From an uncultured Actinomycetota bacterium (GTDB lineage: Bacteria > Actinomycetota > Actinomycetes > Actinomycetales > Dermatophilaceae), in the NCBI GenBank assembly GCA_963752365.1, contig CAVVXY010000004.1:3903-67902 (forward strand): 64,000 bases of DNA. Direction: 5' to 3'. The notes under the pieces are model-generated. The model worked only from the letters and a program-made list of their open reading frames with translations. It was not told where the DNA came from and searched no databases. The translations under genes and the position numbers were made by a program. Position 1 is the first letter of the stretch; every line of letters begins with the position of its first letter. Of this stretch, positions 56,401-64,000 are shown one piece after another.

Positions 56401-56770
56401 TCGTCGCGATCGTCGCCGTGTCGAAGTCGGCCAGGGCCGCCCGCAGCCGCGCGGCCCGGGCGTCGACGTCGGCATCGGTCCCGCGCCGCAGGTGGACGAC
56501 GAGCAGGTCGTCGGTGTCCCGGGCGGGTCGCTCGAGGGCCTGGAGGGTGCGCTCGAGCTGCTCGCGGACGCGCTCGCGCAGCTCCTGCGTCGCGAGCCGC
56601 GAGAACGTGACGACGAGGAGCTGGTCGAGCGGCAGGGCCTCGTCGGCGACGTAGCGCGTGACGAGGGCGGCGAGCGTCCACGTCTTGCCGGTCCCGGCGC
56701 TGGCCTCGACGAGCGTCGTGCCCGTCGGCAGCGGCCCGAGCAGGTCGAATGCAGGCAGCGCGCCGGTCAT
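53402..56770 (-). CDS. recB: exodeoxyribonuclease V beta subunit (helicase-nuclease)
   Basis: ATG 56770 within ORF 53402..57502, overlapping the recC stop (ATGA). UvrD-type motifs EASAGTGKTWT and LVDEFQDTD, and a C-terminal nuclease motif GSVDLTFRHDGRYFVVDHKTN. Confidence 0.9.
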   Translation of the reverse strand: MTGALPAFDLLGPLPTGTTLVEASAGTGKTWTLAALVTRYVADEALPLDQLLVVTFSRLATQELRERVREQLERTLQALERPARDTDDLLVVHLRRGTDADVDARAARLRAALADFDTATIATIHQFCHLVLRGLGVAGDSDPHATLVEDLSDLRRDVVDDLFLARAVRGSGSGASPGPGADHARSSADARLALDNPRAPILPDQPSARVAARQQFMRDVQREFDRRKRGASLLGYDDLLAELADALVDEDGPARLRMRQRWSVVLVDEFQDTDPVQWQVFSRAFKDASRALVLIGDPKQAIYGFRGGDVDTYLTAAREATTRSSLPANHRSDAPLVDALQVLMCGAELSPGIEVHPISARLTGHRLAGAPDGSPVRLRHVAGDRMPMDQARPLVAADTAADIAALLGAEAQFDGRPLLARDVAVLARTTKDLHAVRGALRSAGVPSVLVTNESVLRTEAATWWLALLTALEQPHRPDRVRAACLTPLIGWSVVELDSLGEHATDRAAERVRELVTAFHRGGLPGVVDVLRGDGLIARLLGRVGGERDLTDVEHCAQVLQEQAATGRPTLTALVTWLLRQSADDAEIGTGTRVIRLDSDAHAVTLSTIHGSKGLQYPVVHAPFLFSNWIPSDDPVVVHRTSERVIAFGEDRGAKVDAQREAEDEDLRLAYVAMTRAQSQLVLTWAPTYNTPASGLHRLLFGRARDAAGLTAYLAPPTAGRPVAPLERPGREPPPPVVEAMLNAWSAAGAFSLAEVVEHRAPVRATVPPGPSDPLGARAFTRRIDHDWRRTSYSALTAAESVAVGTVAEGRPGARGSEPEIAAVGSHDEEEVALTAVVGSGIRSPMAGLPVGATFGSLVHAVLETADLQSDDLRAELAARIAEERLHWPVDGLDADDLADALVLVCGTPLGPIAGDVRLVDIGSRDSLAEMDFELPLAHGDTPVAPAVLRDLAAALRRHLPAGDPLLPYAATLEAPGLGDQVLRGYLTGSVDLTFRHDGRYFVVDHKTNWLGDPDTELTLDAYAPGRLAEAMTHTSYPLQALLYAVVLHRYLRWRLPGYDPATHLGGVLYLYLRGMAGPDAPTVDGAPHGVFAWRPPVALIEEVSALLDAAPTGTAPGAGVAR

Positions 56771-59700
56771 CGCCGCTGCCCCTTGGCCTGGAGGATCGGG
56801 TCCCACACCCGGGGGGCGTAGTAGCGGAGCGTCCCCAGATGGTCGAGCCGGTGCAGCGGCGCGTCGGGGCCGAGGAGGGCGACCCACCAGCGGTCGTCCC
56901 GCTCGGGGAAGCGCCCGGACCACTCGTCGTCGGCCCGGCGCAGGGCCCGCTGGACCCGCTGGTCGGGGCTGCCGAACGGCGAGGCGAGCCCGACGGCATA
57001 GGCGTGCGCCGTCTTGGGCGGGATGCCGAGGGGGAACTGCAGTCCCTTGGTCCGCACCCCGACGAGCTCGTCGAGCAGGGTGACGGCAATGTCGACCGGT
57101 GGCGCCACGAGCCGGACCATGCCCTTCTTGCCCGTCAGCTCGGCGGACCACCGCGTCTCCGGCTCGGCGACCCCGAGCGCGAGCAGTCGGACCCAGGCGG
57201 CCACCTCGTGCTTCGGGCCGATCGTCGAGTAGGTCGTCACGGTGATGCGGCTGTCCTCGACGCCCCCGATGACCCCGGTCACCCGGACGCCCGACGGGAG
57301 GTCGAGACGGACGTCGACCGAGCGCGGCGTCCCGCGGCTGGCTCCCTGCGCGATCGCGGCGACCAGGTCGGCGACGTCGCGCCGCAGAGTGCCGGAGAGG
57401 GCGGCCGGGGGGAGCGTGCCGGCGCGCTGCTCGCGGGCGAGGACGGCATCGGCATTCGCACCGTCGAGGACGGCGTGGAGGACCCGGTCGCCGACGCCCC
57501 ACTGCTCGAGGCTGTCGAGGGCGATCGGGATGTGGTCGGCGGGCTCGTCGTCCTCTCTCGGCACGCCGATCCCGAGGCGGGCTCGGGCGAACTCGCGGGC
57601 GGGGTTCTCGACGAACCGCGTCAGCTCCTCGATCGTCACGGCCGACACGGGCACGGCGGGCAGTGCCGCGGCGACGAGCAGGGGCCGGGCCGTCTCGCCG
57701 CTCGCGCGCTGCGCGCGCAGGGCCTCGGCGCCGTCGAGCGCGGCCCGGTCGAAGGAGCCGCCGACGACCGGGGACTGCGGGCCGAAGTTGCGCGCGTCGA
57801 ATGCCTGGAGCGGGTGGATGCGGACGAGCCCGTCGCCGCTCGTGTCCTCGCCGGGCACCCGCCCGGTCCGGCGGGCGGCCGAGATGAGCTCCTGGAGCGG
57901 GACCGCAGGAGGGCGACGGGCGCCGGTGTGCTCGTCGTGCCCGGAGTACAGCGCGACGAAGTGGTCGCTGGCGGACATGAGGGCGTCGAGGAGGAGCTGC
58001 CGGTCCTCGCTGCGCAGGTCGCGCTGGCCGACGACCGGCTCCCGGGCGAGGGCGTCGTCGCCGTCGATGACGGGCGAGCGGGGGAAGGCCCCGTCGTCGA
58101 CGCCGAGGACGGCGACGACCCGGTGCGGGATCGAGCGCATCGGGACCATCGTGCAGACGGTCATCGCGCCGGTGCGGAAGTTGGCCCGGGTCGGCCGGGC
58201 GCCCCAGCGGTGGCCGAGCAGGACGGCGACGTCGTTGATCCGGAGCGGCAGGTCGTCCCCGCCGTCGGCGATGACCGCGAGCTCGGCGTCGAGCTGGGCG
58301 AGCTGCCAGCGGTCCGCGGGCGGCACGTCACCGAGGGCCGTCACCGTCTCGCGCAGCCAGTCGGCCCACGCGCGGGCCGTCAGCGACCCGAGCGCGGGAC
58401 CGGTCGTCGGCCCACCCGGGCGGACCAGCGCGCTCGCCCGCCGAATCCGCTCGAGGAGCTCGAGGAACCGCCCGACGAGCTCGATCGCGCGGCTCCCGAT
58501 GTCGTCGATCGGCGCGAGGTCCGCGGCCGGTGACGCGGAGTCCGCGGCGACGGCGACCCCGAGCGCCAGCCGGTCGAGTCCGGCGGCCCACGTGTTGTCG
58601 CCGACCCCGGCGAGGCCGTAGCCGGCACGGTGCTCCTCGTCCAGGCCCCAGCGCGTCCCGGACTCGGCGACCCAGTGCCCGAGCGTCGCGAGGTCGTCCT
58701 CGTCGAACCCGAAGCGGCGCGCCACCGCCTCGTGCCCGGCGAGCCCGAGCACCTCCGACGCGGTCAGCCGGCCGGCGACGAGTCCGACGAGGAGCTGGGC
58801 GAGCTCGACGAGCGGGTTGGTCGCGGCGAGCCGGCGGTCCGCGAGCTGCACCCGCAGCTCGTGGCCAGGATGACGAGGGATGACGCGGTCGGAGCCGGTC
58901 GCCCCGGTGCCGAAGGCCGCGCGGACGAGCGGCGCGACCTCCTCGACGTCCGGGCAGAGGACGAGGACGTCGCGAGGCTCCAGGGTCGGGTCGTCCTGGA
59001 AGAGCTGGGTCAGGACCTCGCGCAGCACCTCGACCTGACGGGCTCGGCCGTGGCAGGCGTGGACCTGGACCGACAGGTCGCCCTCGGGCAGCGGGTGGGT
59101 CGGGTCGGGGGCGCGGTTGGCCCGGATGTCCGCCTGAAGGCGGGCGAGGCGCGAATGCGGGGCCACCGGCTCGGCGTCCACTCCGCCGCCGCCCTCGACG
59201 ACGTCCGACGACGCGACCGCGCCGGCGCCGAGGAGGCACTCCTCGAGCTCGCGGACGTCGCGCCCGAGGGTCGCGAGGAGCGGGTGACGCGCCGACATCG
59301 CGCTGCGATCGTCCCGCCGGGTCCTCGGGCGGGGCGCCGAGCCCGGACCCCCGGCGGCGAGCGCCTCCCACAACGCGGGCGAGGCGTGCGGGAGCCACAG
59401 GTGCACGTCCCGGTCCGTCCCGAGCGCGACGAGGAGCTCGATCTCGGAGGAGGGCAGGCGGGTGTGGCCGAAGAGGGAGAGCCGGCGGGGGACGTCGAGC
59501 GCGGCGGTCCCGTCCCGCAGGGAGGCGACGACCCGAGCCAGGCGTGCCGACGGCGACTCCTCGACCCCGCTGCGCCGCATGACCTCCGGGAGCAGCCGCC
59601 GCCAGAGCTCCGGCTGCCAGGCGAGGTCGGCGTCGAGTGCCCCACCGCACCCGTCGCCGGACGAGCCGGCCTCCCAGTCGGCGAGCATCGCGGGGCGTTC

Positions 59701-60165
59701 GCGGGCGTACGCGGAGTAGAGCCCGGCGAGACGACGCGCGACGGAGTAGCGGCGGGTCTGCCGCGCCTGGCGCCGCCACTCGAGGTCGCCGATCGCCTCG
59801 ACCGGGCCGCCGCCGAGGTGCCGGGTCAGGGACTCGAAGCCGGGGAGGCCCATGCATTCGTCGATCGTCGCGAGCATCGGCCAGGCGAGCCGCTCGGCGA
59901 CCCAGGGGTCTTCGCGGTCGCGACCGAGGACGAGGCCGACGAGGGAAGCGGGCGAGATGAGCTCGAGCCCCGCGCAGACGCCGTCGTCCGCCGAGCTCGC
60001 GCCGAGGACGTGCGAGAGCCGCTGGGTGAGCCAGCGTTGGACGCCCTGCGCGGGGACGACGACCCACTCGGGGTCGAAGACGTCCCCGGGCTCGTCCCCG
60101 AGCATCGCGGCGAGTCCGTCGGCCAGGGCCTGCGGACGGTCGCTGCGGTGGACGACGACGGGCAT
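56767..60165 (-). CDS. recC: exodeoxyribonuclease V gamma subunit
   Basis: ORF 56767..60165, 1132 aa. The N-terminus (VVVPAQGVQRWLTQRLS) and its position upstream of recB-recD fit RecC. Confidence 0.85.
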   Translation of the reverse strand: MPVVVHRSDRPQALADGLAAMLGDEPGDVFDPEWVVVPAQGVQRWLTQRLSHVLGASSADDGVCAGLELISPASLVGLVLGRDREDPWVAERLAWPMLATIDECMGLPGFESLTRHLGGGPVEAIGDLEWRRQARQTRRYSVARRLAGLYSAYARERPAMLADWEAGSSGDGCGGALDADLAWQPELWRRLLPEVMRRSGVEESPSARLARVVASLRDGTAALDVPRRLSLFGHTRLPSSEIELLVALGTDRDVHLWLPHASPALWEALAAGGPGSAPRPRTRRDDRSAMSARHPLLATLGRDVRELEECLLGAGAVASSDVVEGGGGVDAEPVAPHSRLARLQADIRANRAPDPTHPLPEGDLSVQVHACHGRARQVEVLREVLTQLFQDDPTLEPRDVLVLCPDVEEVAPLVRAAFGTGATGSDRVIPRHPGHELRVQLADRRLAATNPLVELAQLLVGLVAGRLTASEVLGLAGHEAVARRFGFDEDDLATLGHWVAESGTRWGLDEEHRAGYGLAGVGDNTWAAGLDRLALGVAVAADSASPAADLAPIDDIGSRAIELVGRFLELLERIRRASALVRPGGPTTGPALGSLTARAWADWLRETVTALGDVPPADRWQLAQLDAELAVIADGGDDLPLRINDVAVLLGHRWGARPTRANFRTGAMTVCTMVPMRSIPHRVVAVLGVDDGAFPRSPVIDGDDALAREPVVGQRDLRSEDRQLLLDALMSASDHFVALYSGHDEHTGARRPPAVPLQELISAARRTGRVPGEDTSGDGLVRIHPLQAFDARNFGPQSPVVGGSFDRAALDGAEALRAQRASGETARPLLVAAALPAVPVSAVTIEELTRFVENPAREFARARLGIGVPREDDEPADHIPIALDSLEQWGVGDRVLHAVLDGANADAVLAREQRAGTLPPAALSGTLRRDVADLVAAIAQGASRGTPRSVDVRLDLPSGVRVTGVIGGVEDSRITVTTYSTIGPKHEVAAWVRLLALGVAEPETRWSAELTGKKGMVRLVAPPVDIAVTLLDELVGVRTKGLQFPLGIPPKTAHAYAVGLASPFGSPDQRVQRALRRADDEWSGRFPERDDRWWVALLGPDAPLHRLDHLGTLRYYAPRVWDPILQAKGQRR

Positions 60166-60171
60166 TCCCCG

Positions 60172-60177
60172 AATCTA
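60172..60177 (-). promoter_or_regulatory. -10 box TAGATT, leaderless promoter of recCBD
   Basis: TAGATT on the minus strand, 6 nt upstream of ATG 60165. Confidence 0.4.
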
Positions 60178-60220
60178 TGGGGCGCCCCGGACACCGGTCG
60201 CGACGGGAGGGCGGCGCGCC

Positions 60221-61735
60221 TCAGGTCGAGGTGAGGCTCGCGGTGGCTTCCTCGTCGGGGTTGGGGTTGCCGGCGAGCCGCGAGCGCTTGTACCCGTAGA
60301 CGAAGTAGATGACGAAGCCGAGGGCCATCCAGATCGCGAAGCGGATCCACGTCTCGACGGGCAGGGTGACCATGAGGTAGGCGCAGATCGCGGCGGACAG
60401 CCAGGGCAGCCACGGGCTGAACGGCACCCGGAACGGCCGGTGGAAGTCGGGCCGGCGACGGCGCAGGACGGGCACGGCGACCGAGACGAGGAAGAATGCG
60501 GTCAGCGTGCCGATGTTGATCATGTACTCGAGCTTGCCGACGGGGGTCAGCGCGGCGACGAGGGCGACGATGGTGCCGACGACCACGGTGATCTTGAGCG
60601 GCGTGCCGGTCCGGTGGTTGATCCGTCCCCAGGACGCCGGCAGCAGCCAGTCGCGGGACATGGCGAAGACGACGCGCGAGGTGCCGATGAGCAGCGTCAT
60701 GACGACCGTCGTGAGGCCCGCGACCGCACCCGCCGAGATGAGCGTCGCGTAGGCGGGTTTGCCGACGCTCTCGAACACCTTGGCCAGTGACGCCTCCGCG
60801 GAGAGCTGGTCGTAGCTGACCATGCCCGTCATGACGAGCGCGACCGCGCAGTAGAGCACGGTGCAGATGATGAGCGAGCCGATGATGCCCCGGGGCAGGT
60901 CGCGGCCGGGGTTCTTGGCCTCCTCGGCGGTCGTCGCGACGACGTCGAACCCGATGTAGGCGAAGAAGACGAGGGAGGCGCCCGCGAAGATGCCGGCGAC
61001 GCCGAAGGTTGCGGGGCTGAAGCCGAAGGCCCACTCGATGAGCGGCTGCTCCATGACCGGCTTGGACGCCGCCGCCGTCGAGGGCGGGATGAAGGGGGAG
61101 TAGTTGTCGCGGTTGATGAACCCGATGCCGGCGACGATGACGAACAGGACGATGAAGACCTTGAGCGCGACGAGCATCGTGTTGACCCGCATCGACTCCT
61201 TGATCCCGATGGAGACGAGGACCGTGAGCGCGGCGACGAGGAGGAAGGCGGGGAGGTCGAAGACGGAGTCGGAATCCGGCATGCCGACGCCGTAGGCCAC
61301 CTGCTCCGGGATCGTGATGCCGAAGCGCTCGAGCAGGACCCCGAGGTAGGCGCTCCAGCCCTGCGCGACGACGGAGGCGCCGAGCATGAGCTCGAGGAGG
61401 AGGTCCCAGCCGATGATCCAGGCGACGATCTCGCCGAGCGAGGCGTAGGAGAACGTGTAGGCCGACCCGGACACCGGGATCGACGACGCGAACTCCGCGT
61501 AGCAGAGCGCCGCCAGCCCGCAGCAGATGGCGGCGACGATGAAGGACAGGACGATGGCGGGCCCGGCGAGGCTGTGCGCCGCGCGACCGGCGACGGTGAA
61601 GATGCCGGCGCCGATGACGACGCCGACGCCGAAGACCGTGAGGTCGAGCGCGGAGAGCTCCTTCTTGAGCTGGTACTCCGGCTCGTCTCCCTCGCTGATC
61701 GTCTGCTCGATCGACTTGGTGCGCATGATGCTCAT
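60221..61735 (-). CDS. amino acid permease (APC superfamily, cationic amino acid transporter-like)
   Basis: ATG 61735 within ORF 60221..61786, with GAGGAAGGGG upstream. GVGVVIGAGIFTVAG motif, about 13 TM segments. TAGGTT -10 at 61790..61785. Confidence 0.85.
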   Translation of the reverse strand: MSIMRTKSIEQTISEGDEPEYQLKKELSALDLTVFGVGVVIGAGIFTVAGRAAHSLAGPAIVLSFIVAAICCGLAALCYAEFASSIPVSGSAYTFSYASLGEIVAWIIGWDLLLELMLGASVVAQGWSAYLGVLLERFGITIPEQVAYGVGMPDSDSVFDLPAFLLVAALTVLVSIGIKESMRVNTMLVALKVFIVLFVIVAGIGFINRDNYSPFIPPSTAAASKPVMEQPLIEWAFGFSPATFGVAGIFAGASLVFFAYIGFDVVATTAEEAKNPGRDLPRGIIGSLIICTVLYCAVALVMTGMVSYDQLSAEASLAKVFESVGKPAYATLISAGAVAGLTTVVMTLLIGTSRVVFAMSRDWLLPASWGRINHRTGTPLKITVVVGTIVALVAALTPVGKLEYMINIGTLTAFFLVSVAVPVLRRRRPDFHRPFRVPFSPWLPWLSAAICAYLMVTLPVETWIRFAIWMALGFVIYFVYGYKRSRLAGNPNPDEEATASLTST

Positions 61736-61804
61736 GCCCTGCCCCTTCCTCGTCGCGGAGAACTGCGGCATCCCGATGTCCGGCAACCTAGCGGCCCGGG
61801 CCGC

Positions 61805-62728
61805 TCAGCGCTCGGTCCGTCGCGTACTGATGGGTATGGGTCCGGTGTCGGCCGAATGGGAGGTGCGCGGGCGCAGGTCGGCCGAGGTGTAGATCGACTC
61901 GCCGTCGCCCGGAATGCCGATGCGCCGGCCGCGGGCCAACCCGCTCGGGTACGGGTGGGCGCGCCAGTCGCCGGCTGCGGGGACGTCGGTGTCGTCCTCG
62001 TCGAGGAGGCGGTTGCCCCGGGGGTCGCCCTCGCGGACGGGTGAGCGGTGCACGGCGGGCCGGCCGCCCGCATTCTGGCCGGGGGGAGGAGGTGCGGGCG
62101 GGTCCTCGGGCCCACCGTCGTCGCGGGGACCGCCCCAGTCGTCGCCCTCGTCGCCCTCGTCGTCCTCGTCCCCGCGCCGCCGGCGCAGGCCGGGCAGCGG
62201 GAGGCGGCGGCGCCGGTCCTTCCGCGCTCGCGGGCGCGACCCGAAGAGCTCGGCCCAGAGCAGGTCCGTCGCCTCCGGGGAGGGGAGGTAGTCGAGGTCG
62301 TGGAGGGCCTGCTCCTGGCCGGCGCTCTCGATGATGATCTTGGAGTAGCGGAAGACGACGCCGGGGAGGGTGCGGACGAGGGTCACGTCGGTGACCTTGT
62401 TGATCCGCATCGCGGGGTAGCGGCGGGTGATGAGCCCCTCGGTCTTGAAGATCCGCTTGTCCGTCACCCCGATGAAGTTGAACCGTCGCTCGAGCTCGCA
62501 GTACCCGAGCCGGAGCCAGAGGAGGACGACGACGAGCAGGAGCAGGTCGAGGATCCGGCCGGCGGGCACGCGGCCGGCGACCCAGAGCCAGACGACGGTG
62601 ACGCCGAGGGCCTGCGCGGCCGGCCGGATCAGGATGAGCGGGTGCTGGCGGACGAAGACCCGCGGCTCCTCGCCCTCGGCGAGATGGCTGAGCAGCCGCT
62701 CGTCGTCGAGGGGGAGGACCGAGGGCAT
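61805..62728 (-). CDS. membrane protein with bacterial PH (bPH_2/YdbS-like) domain and a charged, Pro-rich disordered tail
   Basis: ATG 62728 within ORF 61805..62779. Two TM helices followed by FIGVTDKRIFKTEGLITRRYPAMRINKVTDVTL.... Confidence 0.6.
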   Translation of the reverse strand: MPSVLPLDDERLLSHLAEGEEPRVFVRQHPLILIRPAAQALGVTVVWLWVAGRVPAGRILDLLLLVVVLLWLRLGYCELERRFNFIGVTDKRIFKTEGLITRRYPAMRINKVTDVTLVRTLPGVVFRYSKIIIESAGQEQALHDLDYLPSPEATDLLWAELFGSRPRARKDRRRRLPLPGLRRRRGDEDDEGDEGDDWGGPRDDGGPEDPPAPPPPGQNAGGRPAVHRSPVREGDPRGNRLLDEDDTDVPAAGDWRAHPYPSGLARGRRIGIPGDGESIYTSADLRPRTSHSADTGPIPISTRRTER

Positions 62729-62732
62729 GGCG

Positions 62733-62900
62733 CTATCGCTTGAGCAGCGAGTCGAAGAACTCGAAGATGTTCTCGACACCGTTCTTGATGATGTCCCAGA
62801 TGCTGCCGATGATGCTCGAGGCCTCGGTGGGGGAGGTGAGGATGGCGTAGAGGAGGAAGATCACGAGCAGCCAGATGACGATCTTCTTCACCGGGGGCAT
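62733..62900 (-). CDS. 55-aa membrane protein (below the size cut-off of the ORF track)
   Basis: My own translation: MPPVKKIVIWLLVIFLLYAILTSPTEASSIIGSIWDIIKNGVENIFEFFDSLLKR. Almost every third position is G/C. AGGAGA lies 10 nt upstream. The stop is 4 nt before the next start. Confidence 0.5.
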   Translation of the reverse strand: MPPVKKIVIWLLVIFLLYAILTSPTEASSIIGSIWDIIKNGVENIFEFFDSLLKR

Positions 62901-63027
62901 GGACACGGGCTCTCCTGGGTCGGGCCGCGCAGGTGCGCGGAGTTCAGTCAGTCAGTGTGCCGGATGTGACGGGTGTGACTCGTGAGGCTCGCCGTGCGGG
63001 ACGAGCGGGCCGCGGAGCCGAATGCGG

Positions 63028-63666
63028 TCAGACGACCCCGTAGAGCCGGTCGCCGGCGTCGCCGAGGCCGGGGACGATGTAGCCGAGCTCGTTGAGCCTC
63101 TCGTCCATCGCGCCGGTCACGAGCGTGACCGGCGGGCTGATGTCCCGGGTCTCGTCCTCGAGGTGCGCGACGCCCTCGGGCGCGGACAGGAGGGTGACGG
63201 CGGTGATGTCGTTGGCACCCCGGTCGGCGAGGTAGCGGATCGCCATGGCGAGCGACCCGCCCGTCGCGAGCATCGGGTCGATGACGTAGACCTGCCGCCC
63301 GGACAGGTCGTCGGGGAGCCGGTTGGCGTAGGTGATCGCCTCGAGGGTCTCCTCGTTGCGCTGCATCCCGAGGAAGCCGACCTCGGCGCTCGGCAGCAGC
63401 CGGACCATGCCCTCGAGCATCCCGAGCCCGGCCCGCAGGATCGGGACGATGAGCGGCTTGGGGTTGGACAGCTTGACGCCCGTCGTCGGCCCCACCGGGG
63501 TCTGGATCGCGAACGGCTCGGTCCGCACCTCGCGGGTCGCCTCGTAGGCGAGCAGCGTCACGAGCTCCTCGGCGAGCCGCCGGAAGGTCGGGCTGTCGGT
63601 CCGCTTGTCCCGCAGGTAGGTCAGCTTGTGGGTGATGAGCGGGTGGTCGGCAACGATGACGCGCAT
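63028..63666 (-). CDS. upp: uracil phosphoribosyltransferase
   Basis: ORF 63028..63666. [13 protein letters not shown], the PRPP-binding motif [13 protein letters not shown], and [12 protein letters not shown]. Confidence 0.95.
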   Translation of the reverse strand: MRVIVADHPLITHKLTYLRDKRTDSPTFRRLAEELVTLLAYEATREVRTEPFAIQTPVGPTTGVKLSNPKPLIVPILRAGLGMLEGMVRLLPSAEVGFLGMQRNEETLEAITYANRLPDDLSGRQVYVIDPMLATGGSLAMAIRYLADRGANDITAVTLLSAPEGVAHLEDETRDISPPVTLVTGAMDERLNELGYIVPGLGDAGDRLYGVV

Positions 63667-63682
63667 GCGCGAAACTTACCGC

Positions 63683-64000
63683 GTGACCCCGCCGACCGGC
63701 CCCGCCGCATTCGCGGACTGGGTGGGCCGCGCGCTCGCGCTCGCCGAGCGGTCGGCCGGGACGCAGGACGTGCCGGTCGGGGCGCTCGTCGTCGCCCCGT
63801 CGGGTGAGGTGATCGGCGAGGGCTGGAACGCCCGGGAGGGCGCCGACCCCGACCCGACCGCGCACGCTGAGGTCGTCGCGCTCCGGGCCGCGGCCCGCGC
63901 GACCGGCTCCTGGCGGCTCGATGGCTGCACCCTCGTCGTCACCCTCGAACCGTGCCCGATGTGCGCCGGCGCCATGATGCTCGCGCGGGTCGACCGGGTC
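63683..64000 (+). CDS. tadA: tRNA-specific adenosine deaminase, N-terminal part; 3' end outside window
   Basis: My own translation from GTG 63683: ...DVPVGALVV...TAHAEVVALR...LEPCPMCAGAM (HAE and PCxxC zinc motifs). The frame is open to the window end. Confidence 0.8.
   Translation, partial: MTPPTGPAAFADWVGRALALAERSAGTQDVPVGALVVAPSGEVIGEGWNAREGADPDPTAHAEVVALRAAARATGSWRLDGCTLVVTLEPCPMCAGAMMLARVDRV

Noticed and set aside
63667-63682. The 16-bp gap between divergent upp and tadA as evidence that the tadA start is wrong.
   Set aside because: The N-terminus from GTG 63683 precedes the conserved W..AL.LA block by a typical distance, and leaderless transcription is common here. I kept the call but give it reduced confidence.
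1-64000. GAATGC as a Chi-like recombination hotspot for the RecBCD enzyme encoded in this window.
   Set aside because: Chi sites are strongly strand-biased with respect to replication and occur every few kb. This word is about equally frequent in both orientations and far denser. I therefore do not favour a Chi role, although I cannot exclude it without genome-wide skew analysis.
1-64000. Search for CRISPR arrays, tRNA/rRNA genes, insertion sequences, integrases, toxin-antitoxin pairs or known defence-system genes.
   Set aside because: No regularly spaced direct repeats, cloverleaf-like or rRNA-like segments, or transposase, integrase or nuclease-ATPase defence signatures were seen by eye. 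The window appears to be core chromosome. A computational scan (tRNAscan, Infernal, DefenseFinder) would be needed to be certain.

Overview
This is 64 kb of high-G+C (roughly 70-73% by eye) actinobacterial-type chromosome. I can support about 53 protein-coding genes, tightly packed on both strands. Many are joined by 4-nt ATGA/GTGA start-stop overlaps, and many transcription units look leaderless (TANNNT 6-7 nt before the start codon). I saw no rRNA, tRNA, CRISPR array, transposase, integrase or phage genes. Recognisable blocks, in order: QEGLA/DUF1704 plus ATP-grasp ligase pair; a solitary mraY; an aminotransferase/RraA-like operon divergent from pckG; CoA-transferase, azoreductase and a coupled acyl-CoA dehydrogenase pair; an island of unknown membrane proteins around an MFS gene; alaA-crcB-crcB-GT87; a GPH transporter coupled to a sphingosine-1-phosphate-lyase-like decarboxylase; LuxR, GlcD-like oxidase and APH(6)-like kinase; acyl-CoA synthetase and thioesterase; a very acidic anchored protein; pirin; a respiratory nitrate reductase locus (regulator remnant, narGHJI, cupin, hemerythrin, divergent from two narK genes); pntAB; recCBD; an amino-acid permease; upp; tadA. 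The most unusual observations are these. (1) The word GAATGC/GCATTC, and its extended form GGCGAATGCC, is several-fold over-represented on both strands and is built from otherwise rare codons. (2) The wHTH regulator upstream of narG needs about five +1 frame changes to be read, and the narG ATG is out of frame after two codons. (3) An MFS gene with a textbook leaderless promoter has TGA as codon 5. (4) There are several families of perfect palindromes: a REP-like hairpin pair with a compensatory change, a repeated GGTGAG-N-CTCACC site, and TTACCCATGGGTAA over a -10 box. Most long ORFs in the track that run antisense to these genes are high-GC artefacts. All calls come from reading the sequence and from motif memory; no database search was possible.
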